Assembly: GCA_963792855.1 (NCBI GenBank)
Contig: CAWBXZ010000001.1
Coordinates: forward strand, 260,472-324,471
Direction of reading: 5' to 3'
From: an uncultured beta proteobacterium
GTDB lineage: Bacteria > Pseudomonadota > Gammaproteobacteria > Burkholderiales > Eutrophovitaceae
Length of the DNA stretch: 64,000 nt
The translations under genes and the position numbers were made by a program. The first letter of the stretch is position 1; the number at the start of each line of letters is the position of its first letter. The notes below the pieces were generated by a model. That model ran no database searches. It was not told the DNA's origin and saw only the letters and a program-made list of their open reading frames with translations. Positions 47,032 to 55,982 of the stretch are shown piece by piece.

Positions 47032-47931
47032 CAGAGACCAGCGAACAAGAATCACGCCTCATCGAAACGGGCTGGTTGGCGGAGCATCTGGATAGTCCCA
47101 GTCTCAGGATTCTGGATTGCTCTGTTGTGGTTCGTGATGCGGATGACGGTAGCCGCACCTACCCAGTGGAAGATCTGAATGGGACAGGGCCACATCCCCG
47201 GTAGCGTGTTTGTTGACTTCCTGGCAGATCTTAATGCCAGGCAGCCGATACCGTATAACATGCCACCACTGGATGAATTTGCAGCAACGATGGAATCTAT
47301 CGGAGTCGCTGATGACAACCGGGTTGTGCTCTACGACAATTCGAACCATGCATGGGCGGCCCGTGTCTGGTGGATGTTACGGGTTATCGGTTTCGACAGC
47401 GCGGCCGTGCTAAACGGCGGCTGGCAGAAGTGGAAGGCGGAAGGGCGGCCGGTTTCCGCCGGGGAAACATGTTATCCAGCTGGCAAGCTTACGATCAGGC
47501 ATCGCCCGGGGCTGATGGTAGACAAGCAGTACGTATTGTCATCGCTATCGGACGACAGGATCACGATCATCAATGCTTTGACGGCAGACGAACACAGCGG
47601 CAAGGTGAGCCGGTTTCCGAGAGCCGGCCACATTTCGGGAAGTGTAAACGTTGACTGTGAGACGCTGGTCGACCCGAATCAGCACGTCTTTCTGCCGAAG
47701 GAAGAACTGCGCGCGATTTTCGACTCTGCCAGTGCGCTGAACGGAGACAGTGTCATCACTTATTGCGGCGGAGGCGTTGCTGCGAGCAGCGATGCTTTAG
47801 CGTTAACGTTGCTCGGTATGGATGATGTCGCCGTTTACGATGGCGGATTGATTGAATGGACCGCCGATTCAAGTTTGCCGATGGAAGAGGATCGTCATGG
47901 TCAGAAAACAAGGTCGACCCAGCCTGGTTGA
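47028..47931 (+). pseudogene. tandem-rhodanese sulfurtransferase (SseA/MST-like), frame broken by one extra G (true pseudogene or assembly error)
   Basis: ATG 47028 (ATGA overlap with the activase) gives MTETSEQESRLIETGWLAEHLDSPSLRILDCS...YPVEDLN, then a stop. Frame +1 continues GQGHIPGSVFVDF... to 47931 with the active loop YCGGGVAAS. The junction is at GGG 47181-47183. Confidence 0.8.
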
Positions 47932-48194
47932 GCAAGACCAAGGGACTCAAGTGCCATGTCAATGTGTCCAAAGAGTGTGTTCTTTACATCGGAATCAGTG
48001 ATCGCAAGTCGTCGGGACAAGTTCTGCGATCAGATATCGGACGTAGTGCCCGACGAATGCCTGAGGCAGGATTCGATCGCGCATATCGCCTGATCGCCAA
48101 CTGCCACAGGTTCAGGATTTGCGACGACGTTGGAGAAATTGTGATCGAAGCGCGAGCATGAACGCCATCTGAAACCGGCGGAATCCAGTCCCGC

Positions 48195-49748
48195 TCAATC
48201 CATTACGAGCGATGCGAGATGCTCGATCAGGTCACGTGAGTCAATGATGCCGACGGGCCTTTGCCGATCGTCGACCAGCGGAAGATAGCGCAGATCACTA
48301 ACCACCATCAGGTGGACCGCATGAGCCAGCGGATGGTCCGGGTGAACCGTGTGCGGGTCGGGCGTCATCACCTCGCGCACAATAGTCGCGGCGGGATCGA
48401 GTTGTGCCGCGGCGACGCGCACGAGCGCGTCCGTCTCGGTGAAGATGCCGGTGAGTCTCCCGTCTTCTCCGGTGACGAGCACACTACCGATGCGTCGCTC
48501 ACGCAGAATTCCGAGCGCGACTTCCACGGTAGACGTCTCGGCGAGCGAAATGGGCACAGCCGGATTCAACTTCTCCACAGTGTCGTCACGCAGACTGCGC
48601 TCGATCATACTCTGGGCTTCGCCGGGCGCGACTTCCTCGTGCGTAAGACTGGCGAGGCACAGTTCGCACTCGTCGGCACCGGGCAGATTCGGATGGTCGC
48701 AAACAGGGCAGGGCGTGCCTTCCAGGGCGGCAGCGGGAATCGCCCACGTGTCGCCCTGGCGATAGAGCGCGTTCAGGTCCGGCGCATGCGCTTCCCGGGC
48801 GCTTTGCACCTGCGCCATTAACTGCTGGTCGTAGACAGGCTTCCGGATTGCACGGAATACCCCTACGGGAGTCGGAAAGTCCGGCGGCCCCATGCGGCTC
48901 AAAAAGTAGGCCAAAGTCGGTTGCGTTGCGCATTCGTCGTGTACCAGAAGCTCTTGTTCGTCAACATCGGCGACGTTGACCACTTCGGGCGTGAGTCCGT
49001 TAAGGCGAATGCCTTTTTCCATCGCCTTGCCGAAGCGCATTGGTTGCCCGTGCTCGAGGAAGAGCACATTGTCGGGCTTGGTGTCGGGATCAGTCAGATG
49101 GGCCCAGGCCCCATTGTTGAAGATCATGCAATTCTGCGCGACCTCAATCAACGTGGCGCCCGAATGCTGCGCTGCCCGCCTCAACACACCCGCCATATGC
49201 TCCTGGAAGGTATCTACCGTGCGCGCGATGAAGCTGGCCTCGGCCCCGATGGCCACGCCAATGGGATTGACGGGGTTCTCGATCGAGCCGTCGGGACTTG
49301 ATTTGGTACGCTTGCCGATCTCGGACGTCGGCGAGTACTGTCCTTTGGTAAGGCCGTAGATCCGATTATTGAACAACACAATATTGATGTCGATATTGCG
49401 TCGAAGAGCGTGCAGGAAATGATTGCCGCCAATCGCCAGGGCGTCACCGTCACCGGTCGTGACCCAAATCTGTAACTCGGGACGTGCACACTTGAGACCG
49501 GTCGCCAAGGTCGGCGCCCGACCGTGAATCGAGTGAATCCCGTAAGTGTTCATGTAATACGGGAAGCGGCTTGAGCAGCCGATGCCCGCAATCACCACAA
49601 TGTTCTCGCGCGGAATTCCCAGTTCGGGGAGTGTCTTCTGGACTTGTGCGAGGATCGCATAGTCGCCGCATCCGGGGCACCAGCGGACGGTCTGGTCCGA
49701 AACAAAATCCCGGCGGGTGAGTTTGATCGACTGGATATTCGCGTTCAT
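48195..49748 (-). CDS. korB: 2-oxoacid:ferredoxin oxidoreductase beta subunit fused to a C-terminal Cys4 ribbon + CBS pair
   Basis: VRWCPGCGDY and GIGCSSRFPYY...TTGDGD are the TPP/FeS motifs (aa 1 to ~335). They are followed by CPVCDHPNLPGADECELC and two CBS motifs (aa ~345-517; nt 48195-48731). Confidence 0.85.
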   Translation of the reverse strand: MNANIQSIKLTRRDFVSDQTVRWCPGCGDYAILAQVQKTLPELGIPRENIVVIAGIGCSSRFPYYMNTYGIHSIHGRAPTLATGLKCARPELQIWVTTGDGDALAIGGNHFLHALRRNIDINIVLFNNRIYGLTKGQYSPTSEIGKRTKSSPDGSIENPVNPIGVAIGAEASFIARTVDTFQEHMAGVLRRAAQHSGATLIEVAQNCMIFNNGAWAHLTDPDTKPDNVLFLEHGQPMRFGKAMEKGIRLNGLTPEVVNVADVDEQELLVHDECATQPTLAYFLSRMGPPDFPTPVGVFRAIRKPVYDQQLMAQVQSAREAHAPDLNALYRQGDTWAIPAAALEGTPCPVCDHPNLPGADECELCLASLTHEEVAPGEAQSMIERSLRDDTVEKLNPAVPISLAETSTVEVALGILRERRIGSVLVTGEDGRLTGIFTETDALVRVAAAQLDPAATIVREVMTPDPHTVHPDHPLAHAVHLMVVSDLRYLPLVDDRQRPVGIIDSRDLIEHLASLVMD

Positions 49749-51586
49749 GACAACATCTCCTCGATCTTTCTCTCGATTTCGGCAATGGTGAAAGGCCGAC
49801 CCTGTATCTTTGACAGGGAGACCACGTCGATCATGAAACGCGCGCGCAGTAGCAGCGCCAGTTGACCGGCATTCAACTCGGGGACGAGGACACTGGAGTA
49901 ACGGGCCAGCAGGGAACCGAGGTTGCGTGGAAAAGGGTTCAGGTAACGAAGGTGCGCACAGGCCACCGAGTAACCCCGTTCACGGCAATTGCTGACAGCG
50001 GCCGATGCGACGCCGCGAGTACTGCCCCAACTGAGCACCAGCAGGTCGGCGTCGTCGTCGCCTTCGACCGACTGTTCGGGTACGAACTCCGCGACACGCT
50101 CGACCTTTTGGGCTCGCAATCGAGACATGCGCTCGTGATTGTCGGGGTCATAACTGACATTGCCCGTCTCATGCTCCTTCTCGAGTCCGCCGAGGCGATG
50201 CTCGAGACCCGGAGTGCCGGGCACGGCCCATGGACGTGCCAGCGTCGAGTCGTCGCGGCCGTATGGTCGAAAGCCCTCCGCCTCGCAGGGGTGCGTCACG
50301 CGAATTGGATCCAGCGCCTCGACGACGGGAATGCGCCAGCGCTCCGCGCTGTTGGCCACCTGTGAGTCCGAGAGCACGATGACCGGTGTGGTATGCCGCA
50401 CCGCGATGCGGAACGCATCGATGGCGACGTCATAGCAATCCGCTGGGCCCGAGGCCGCCAGCACCGGTATCGGGCTCTCACCATTGCGGCCGAAAGCGGC
50501 CTGGAGCAGATCCGATTGTTCCGTTTTGGTTGGCAGACCGGTGGAGGGGCCGCCGCGTTGAACGTTGAGAATGACCAGCGGCAACTCAAGCATGATTGCA
50601 AGGCCGATGGCTTCGCTTTTCAGGCAAATTCCGGGACCACTCGTCCCGGTTAGCGAAAATGCACCTCCAAAAGCCGCCCCGATGGCAGACCCCATTGCCG
50701 CGATCTCGTCCTCGGCCTGGAATGTACGCACATCGAGATATTTGAGCCGCGCCAGATGATGCAATACGTCGGAGGCCGGCGTAATTGGATAGCTGCTGTA
50801 GACCAACGGCTTGCCAGCCAGGTGCGCAGCCGTGACGCTTCCCAGGGCGAACGCTTCGTTGCCGTTGATGATCCGATAATCGCCCGGTTCTGCCGGTGCC
50901 GGGGGTACCCGGTATTGCACCAGAAAGTTGTCGCTGTCCTCAGGGTAACGGTATCCCGCCTCGAGCGCATGGCGGTTTCCTTCAGCGATCTGCGGCGCAC
51001 GCGCGAATTTTCTGTCGATCCACGCGCGACTGTGTTCCATAGGCCGATCGTAAAGCCAGTAGAGAAGCCCGAGTGCGAAGAAGTTCTTGCAGCGCCGCTT
51101 CTGGCGAGTCTCGAGACCGGTGCCGTCCAAAGCTGCATCGGTTAGTGAAGTGATCGATACGCGGTGCAGCCGATACCGGGTCGCCAGATCCGGATCCTCC
51201 AGCGGGTTCTCTGCGTAGCCGGCCTTGCGCAGGTTGCCCTTGCTGAAAGCGTCGCTGTCAACCAGCAGCACACCGCCAGGATCCAGTCGCGGCAGGTAGA
51301 CTTTGAGCGCGGCCGGGTTCATCGCAACCAATGCTCCCAGGCGGTCGCCGGGGGCCCGGATCTTGTGGCTGGCGACGCTCAGCTGAAAGGCAGAGACGCC
51401 GGCGACGGAGCCCGCCGGGGCGCGAATTTCAGATGGATAATCGGGCAGTGTACTGATGTCGTTGCCGAACATCGCCGAGGCGGAGGTGAACTGCGTTCCG
51501 ATCAATTGCATGCCGTCCCCGGAATCACCGGAGAATAGAATCGTCACGTTATCGAGTTCACGTTGCTCCCGATTGTTGAGACGCAT
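49745..51586 (-). CDS. korA: 2-oxoacid:ferredoxin oxidoreductase alpha (gamma-alpha fused) subunit
   Basis: Start moved to ATG 51586 (MRLNNREQRELDNVTILFSGDSGDGMQLIG). ATGA overlap with the beta subunit. Confidence 0.85.
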   Translation of the reverse strand: MRLNNREQRELDNVTILFSGDSGDGMQLIGTQFTSASAMFGNDISTLPDYPSEIRAPAGSVAGVSAFQLSVASHKIRAPGDRLGALVAMNPAALKVYLPRLDPGGVLLVDSDAFSKGNLRKAGYAENPLEDPDLATRYRLHRVSITSLTDAALDGTGLETRQKRRCKNFFALGLLYWLYDRPMEHSRAWIDRKFARAPQIAEGNRHALEAGYRYPEDSDNFLVQYRVPPAPAEPGDYRIINGNEAFALGSVTAAHLAGKPLVYSSYPITPASDVLHHLARLKYLDVRTFQAEDEIAAMGSAIGAAFGGAFSLTGTSGPGICLKSEAIGLAIMLELPLVILNVQRGGPSTGLPTKTEQSDLLQAAFGRNGESPIPVLAASGPADCYDVAIDAFRIAVRHTTPVIVLSDSQVANSAERWRIPVVEALDPIRVTHPCEAEGFRPYGRDDSTLARPWAVPGTPGLEHRLGGLEKEHETGNVSYDPDNHERMSRLRAQKVERVAEFVPEQSVEGDDDADLLVLSWGSTRGVASAAVSNCRERGYSVACAHLRYLNPFPRNLGSLLARYSSVLVPELNAGQLALLLRARFMIDVVSLSKIQGRPFTIAEIERKIEEMLS

Positions 51587-51590
51587 CGGT

Positions 51591-52058
51591 TCAGCCTCCT
51601 TCCCGCTCAAGCGCTGTCTGATCAGGATCGGGCGGCAGGTTGAGCACCTGCGCGGAGTGATGCTCGGCGAGGTAGTTGAGAATGTCCTTATGTCTGACAC
51701 AGCCGATCACGCGGTCAACGTTGTCCACGATCGGGACGTTCCGGAATCCGCCGCGCCGCATTAGCCGAACTGCCTTGCGTATAGAGTCAGTTTGAGTGAC
51801 TTTGGCGGGATTGGGTGTCATCCAGTCGGTGGCGGGCTGGTCGAAGGCCTCGGCGTTTCCCAGGACACGCGCAACAAGGTCGCGCTCCGTGAAAATTCCG
51901 GCGAGCCGATCGTCGCACGTCAGCAACGCATAGCCGGAGTTTCTGTCGACCATCTGACGGATCACCTCACGTAGTGGCCTTGCCGCGTCGAGCACCACCG
52001 GCCGCGTTGTCGCCACCGTCATGACCTCGATCATCTTGATGCTTTGTTCAAACCGCAT
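51591..52058 (-). CDS. stand-alone CBS-pair protein
   Basis: 155 aa with two CBS motifs (..ALLTCDDRLAGIFTERDL.. and ..NVPIVDNVDRVIGCVRHKDIL..). Its stop codon ends 5 nt before the korA start. Confidence 0.8.
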   Translation of the reverse strand: MRFEQSIKMIEVMTVATTRPVVLDAARPLREVIRQMVDRNSGYALLTCDDRLAGIFTERDLVARVLGNAEAFDQPATDWMTPNPAKVTQTDSIRKAVRLMRRGGFRNVPIVDNVDRVIGCVRHKDILNYLAEHHSAQVLNLPPDPDQTALEREGG

Positions 52059-52715
52059 GGCGGTTGACCTCCGTGGAATCCGGCAACGAACAACTGCATT
52101 CTGCCGGCTTTGCGTGTCGGTGCGGCATGGGTATTCAAACCGTTAGAGATTGTTACGGGATTCGACCGGCACCCGTTTTCGTCGAGGCGACGTTTCAGAC
52201 AATGAGTTCCTGGTCGAACCGAATCCAGGCAGCGCTCGCGAGTGTACCGGTTCTGCAATGGGTCCGCTTGAAAACGAGGCTGCAATCGCGCCGGGCAGGT
52301 TAACCCCGGTCATGCGGAATTCGTAAGGTGCCCGATCCGTATTGGGAGCGTGGCTCTGCCTGCAATGGGGCTGCGTACCACTTTATGTGGTGACACTTCC
52401 TTCGGTGGCACCGTCTGCTAGAATCAATCGGAAAAGACAAGCGCTGCTCCATTTAACTCGTCATGCTGTCGCGGTGTCCCGTCATAAAGACGGACCGGCG
52501 TTGTCCAAGACCGACGCAAAGAAGGAAGGCACTCGAGATGCGTGACGTGAGTGTCCTGCTGGAGGTGTACAGCCCGTGACGATGCTGGATGTCTATGACG
52601 TGGTTGTGGAGATTATGGCCGTGACTGAACTGGTGCCGTTGGTGACATTGCCGGCGCCTGGAGCGGCAAGCGTTTTTCCCGAGCTTTCCCCCAACATGGC
52701 TGAGACAGGTCCGAC

Positions 52716-54368
52716 ATGAAAGCATCCGATCTACTCGTACGCTGCCTGGAAGAAGAGGGCATTGAATACATCTTCGGCGTGCCCGGTGAGGAAAACGCCG
52801 ACTTCATGATGTCGTTGCAGAAGAGTGAAACAATCCGTTTCATTCTGACTCGCCACGAACAGGGTGCCGCCTTCATGGCGGAGATCTATGGCCGACTTAC
52901 GGGCACGCCGGCGGGTGCGCTCGGTACGCTGGGCCCCGGCGCGACGAACCTGATTACCGGCGTCGCGGACTCGAACATGGATCGTGCGCCGATGCTGGTG
53001 CTGACCGGCCAGGGATCGACCAACCGTTTACACAAGGAATCTCACCAGATCATGGATGTTGTCGCCATGTTCAAGCCGGTGACCAAGTGGGCGACAACGA
53101 TTCACAATCCAGACACGATACCGGAGATCGTCAGAAAGGCGGTTCGACTCGCGCGAACGGAAAAACCGGGGGCAGTTCACATCGAACTTCCGGTCGATGT
53201 GGCCAAAATGGAAGCCGGCACCACGCCGATGACGCCGCATCGATTCCGTCGTCCTGTTCCTGATGACAAGATCATCGATCAGGCATTCGCGATGCTTCGC
53301 GAAGCGAAACGACCGGTGATTCTCGCCGGCAACGGGTGTATTCGACGAAGGGCGAGCAAGCAGTTACGGCTGCTTTGCGAAAAAACGGGCATCGGTGTCA
53401 TCAGCACTTTCATGGCGAAAGGCTGTGTTGATATGGATGCGGACTATTGTCTTTTCACCGTGGGCCTGGGAAGCAAGGATCGCGTCTCGGCGGCTATCGA
53501 TGACGCCGATCTCGTCATTACGCTCGGCTTCGACATGGTCGAGTACCATCCGCATTTGTGGAATCCGCAGATGAACAAGCGCATTTTGCACATGGACTTT
53601 CTGCCGGCGGAAATCGATGCACATTATCATCCTGAAACCGAGGTCGTCGGTGATCTCGCACACGCCTTGTGGATGCTCAATGCGCGCATCGATACGCATG
53701 GCGTGCATGCGTTCGACTTGTCGCTACAGCGTAAATGCCGGACCGAAATGACTGGTGATTTCTCCGAACACCAGGATGACCGGACCGAGGGCTCGATTCG
53801 TCCACAGAAGGCCGTGTGGGATGCTCGGCAGGTGATGGGGCCAGAGGATATTCTGTTATCCGACGTCGGTGCGCACAAGATGTGGGTTGCACGCTATTAC
53901 CAATGCCATGAACCAAATACCTGTCTGATTCCGAACGGGTTCTGTTCGATGGGATTCGCGCTGCCGGGCGCGATCGCGGCAAGCATCGTGTATCCGGATC
54001 GGCGTATTCTGGCGATTGCCGGGGACGCGAGCTTTCTGATGAATGTGCAGGAAATGGAGACCGCGAAGCGCATCGGCAGCAACATCGTGGTCATGGTGTG
54101 GGAAGACAACGCCTATGGCCTCATTGCGTGGAAACAGCAAAAGGAATTTGGTGCTCATACCGATCTCTCGTTTGGCAATCCCAACTGGACCACCTTGGCG
54201 GACGCATTCGGCTGGCATGGCCATTACGTTGAAAAGTCGGTCGATCTCAAGGGCACTTTGGAGGCAGCCTTCGCGGAGAATGGGCCAAGTCTGGTAGTCA
54301 TCCCGATCGATTATCGTGAAAATGCCTTGCTCGCCAGGAAGATGGGCGAGATTACGATGACGATCTGA
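52716..54368 (+). CDS. acetolactate-synthase (AlsS)-like TPP enzyme
   Basis: ASDLLVRCLEEEGIEYIFGVPGEEN, RHEQGAAFMAE.YGR.TG, LGPGATNL..G.A....DR.P and GDASFLMN.QE..TA.R are present. 550 aa. Confidence 0.8.
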   Translation: MKASDLLVRCLEEEGIEYIFGVPGEENADFMMSLQKSETIRFILTRHEQGAAFMAEIYGRLTGTPAGALGTLGPGATNLITGVADSNMDRAPMLVLTGQGSTNRLHKESHQIMDVVAMFKPVTKWATTIHNPDTIPEIVRKAVRLARTEKPGAVHIELPVDVAKMEAGTTPMTPHRFRRPVPDDKIIDQAFAMLREAKRPVILAGNGCIRRRASKQLRLLCEKTGIGVISTFMAKGCVDMDADYCLFTVGLGSKDRVSAAIDDADLVITLGFDMVEYHPHLWNPQMNKRILHMDFLPAEIDAHYHPETEVVGDLAHALWMLNARIDTHGVHAFDLSLQRKCRTEMTGDFSEHQDDRTEGSIRPQKAVWDARQVMGPEDILLSDVGAHKMWVARYYQCHEPNTCLIPNGFCSMGFALPGAIAASIVYPDRRILAIAGDASFLMNVQEMETAKRIGSNIVVMVWEDNAYGLIAWKQQKEFGAHTDLSFGNPNWTTLADAFGWHGHYVEKSVDLKGTLEAAFAENGPSLVVIPIDYRENALLARKMGEITMTI

Positions 54369-54399
54369 CAGCGCGGTGGCCTTGACCAGCGGGCTGTGC

Positions 54400-54840
54400 T
54401 TGCTGGTGTGACTGTCTCGCCTTGTGGCGATCCAGTCATCCCTCCCTGTGGTCGGGACCGCCCTTGGGGCGTCCTGCGCGAGCGGTGCTCGCTGGTGTGT
54501 CCGGGCCGCCGTATGGCGACCGGCCATCCTTCACCGCATGCGGCTCAGGACCGCCGCTGCGCTTGTGGCGCACGGCGTCCAACACGAATGTCCACTGAGA
54601 ATACGGTTGTCGAACCCACGAAGGTTCTCAGCCTCGGCACCGCGCCAAAAATAAAAGGACCGGCTTGTGAACTGTGGTGCAGAGTTCTTTGAGGGAGGGG
54701 CAACATGCCCGCAGGGTTTGTTGTGGCGTAGGCTAATGCTTCGCGAAGCGCAGCGTTTTGCCGGAGGCAATGTGTCCGGATCGTCTTATAGGTGACCGGC
54801 CATGGTGTGACGCGCTCACGCGACTGCTGACCCGCCATCT
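54400..54840. repeat. degenerate copies of the ~175-bp structured repeat family (see 55983-56613)
   Basis: 54406-54494 aligns with the repeat core (..GTCTCGCCTTGTGGCGATCC..GGGACCGCCCTTGGGGCGTCCTGCGCGAGCGGTGCTCGCTGG). A second longer variant spans 54495-54700, and a third partial copy spans 54768-54836. Confidence 0.75.
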
Positions 54841-54890
54841 TGCCAGTCAGACCCTTCAACCGGAACGCCAGCGCGATCACCGGTGGCATT

Positions 54891-55785
54891 TCAGAACGAC
54901 ACTGTCATCACTGCGGTCGGACCCGTGAACACTGTCCGTGCTGCGCCTCGCCAATCCGGATCGTCGACTTGGAGGTCTACCACGAGGTTGCGCATGCCCA
55001 ATGCGAACCCGACATGGCGAAAAGGCTGATAAAGAACGTCGATAGCCATGCTGCGCACGTCACCAGAGTATTCACCATAGGTGAGCGACAGCCAATCCGC
55101 TCGCAGCCGAAGTGCCCACTCGTCTGTAAGCCCAAACGACCCGTAGAAATTCAGCACTGGCAAGGGGGCCAGCACGTCCCCCGCTTCAGCAACGCCACCT
55201 CCCGCCGACTGGATCGACGCTTCGATGCCTGCAACGTGCAGGCCGATGCCGATGCCAAGTTCCTTGTCCGACCGTTTGTAGAACGAATAACCGGCGCTTA
55301 CGCGAGTGTCGTAAAAATTGTATGTCGCATCGATCGAAGTGCCGATATTGAAAGTCTCATCGCCCCAATCGATAGTCGCTGTCAGCGTCTTGGTCGCGCT
55401 GCGGTTCACCCGGAAGTACTCGACATCAAGTCGCCAACGGTTGGTAATACGCCAGACAAAACCCCCGATTCCGGTCGTGTTCTGGTCATCGAGCCCAAGC
55501 ACGTTCTCGAAATCGATGACCACGCCGGTCCCGCCACCGGACCCGGACAGTCCGGCCTGGGTGCTGGTCCTGGCATGGAATCCACCGATTTCAATCAGGA
55601 ATCGATCGGAACGATCGGTGGCGCCGGAGGTCGTATCCGTTGACGCGGTCTCGGCGCGCGCTGCTGCTGCCGTCAATGCGCTAAATCAGGCTGAGCACGA
55701 GTGTCACTGCCGTGAGTGCACATCCTGTCGTGCCCTTCGATCGCCTGGTCGTTGTGGTCACGCTTGGCTTCCTGTCAGTTGTCAT
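54891..55785 (-). pseudogene. outer-membrane beta-barrel protein, signal peptide separated from the barrel by a 1-nt frameshift (true pseudogene or assembly error)
   Basis: ATG 55785 gives MTTDRKPSVTTTTRRSKGTTGCALTAVTLVLSLI, then TAG. The barrel ORF (54891-55676, ending ..TAVMTVSF) starts in the next frame as (S)ALTAAAARAETAS. Removing one T of the TTT run (plus-strand AAA 55683-55685) restores a normal signal peptide. Confidence 0.75.
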
Positions 55786-55982
55786 GTCAGTATTCTCGCC
55801 ATTGGCGCGGGAGCTAAGGCTTCACGACCATGAAGGGGGTAGCTTAAACTGAATTCTCAATGCTGTCGTACCCTTGGACGCCATGGCGAGGCGCAGCCGA
55901 GCGGACCCAAACAGGCGCAGCTGCTGTTTGCTGTCGAATAGAATCGACAAATGTGACGCCAGGCAATCCGAGTCCTAATTCG

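Noticed and set aside
47856-48161. 101-aa ORF (and a 45-aa ORF from 47955) in the AT-richer gap after the rhodanese gene
   Set aside because: No recognisable domain and no RBS. It overlaps the rhodanese 3' end. It may be a decayed fragment, but this cannot be supported.
52036-52051. FNR-like TTGAT...TTCAA near the start of the CBS/OFOR operon
   Set aside because: The half-sites are not an inverted repeat with N4 spacing (TTGAT-N6-TTCAA), and the site lies inside the predicted coding start.
52406-52419. Sigma-54-like TGGCAC...TGCT upstream of the AlsS-like gene
   Set aside because: The GG-to-GC spacing is two bases short of the strict -24/-12 geometry. No enhancer-binding-protein gene is nearby.
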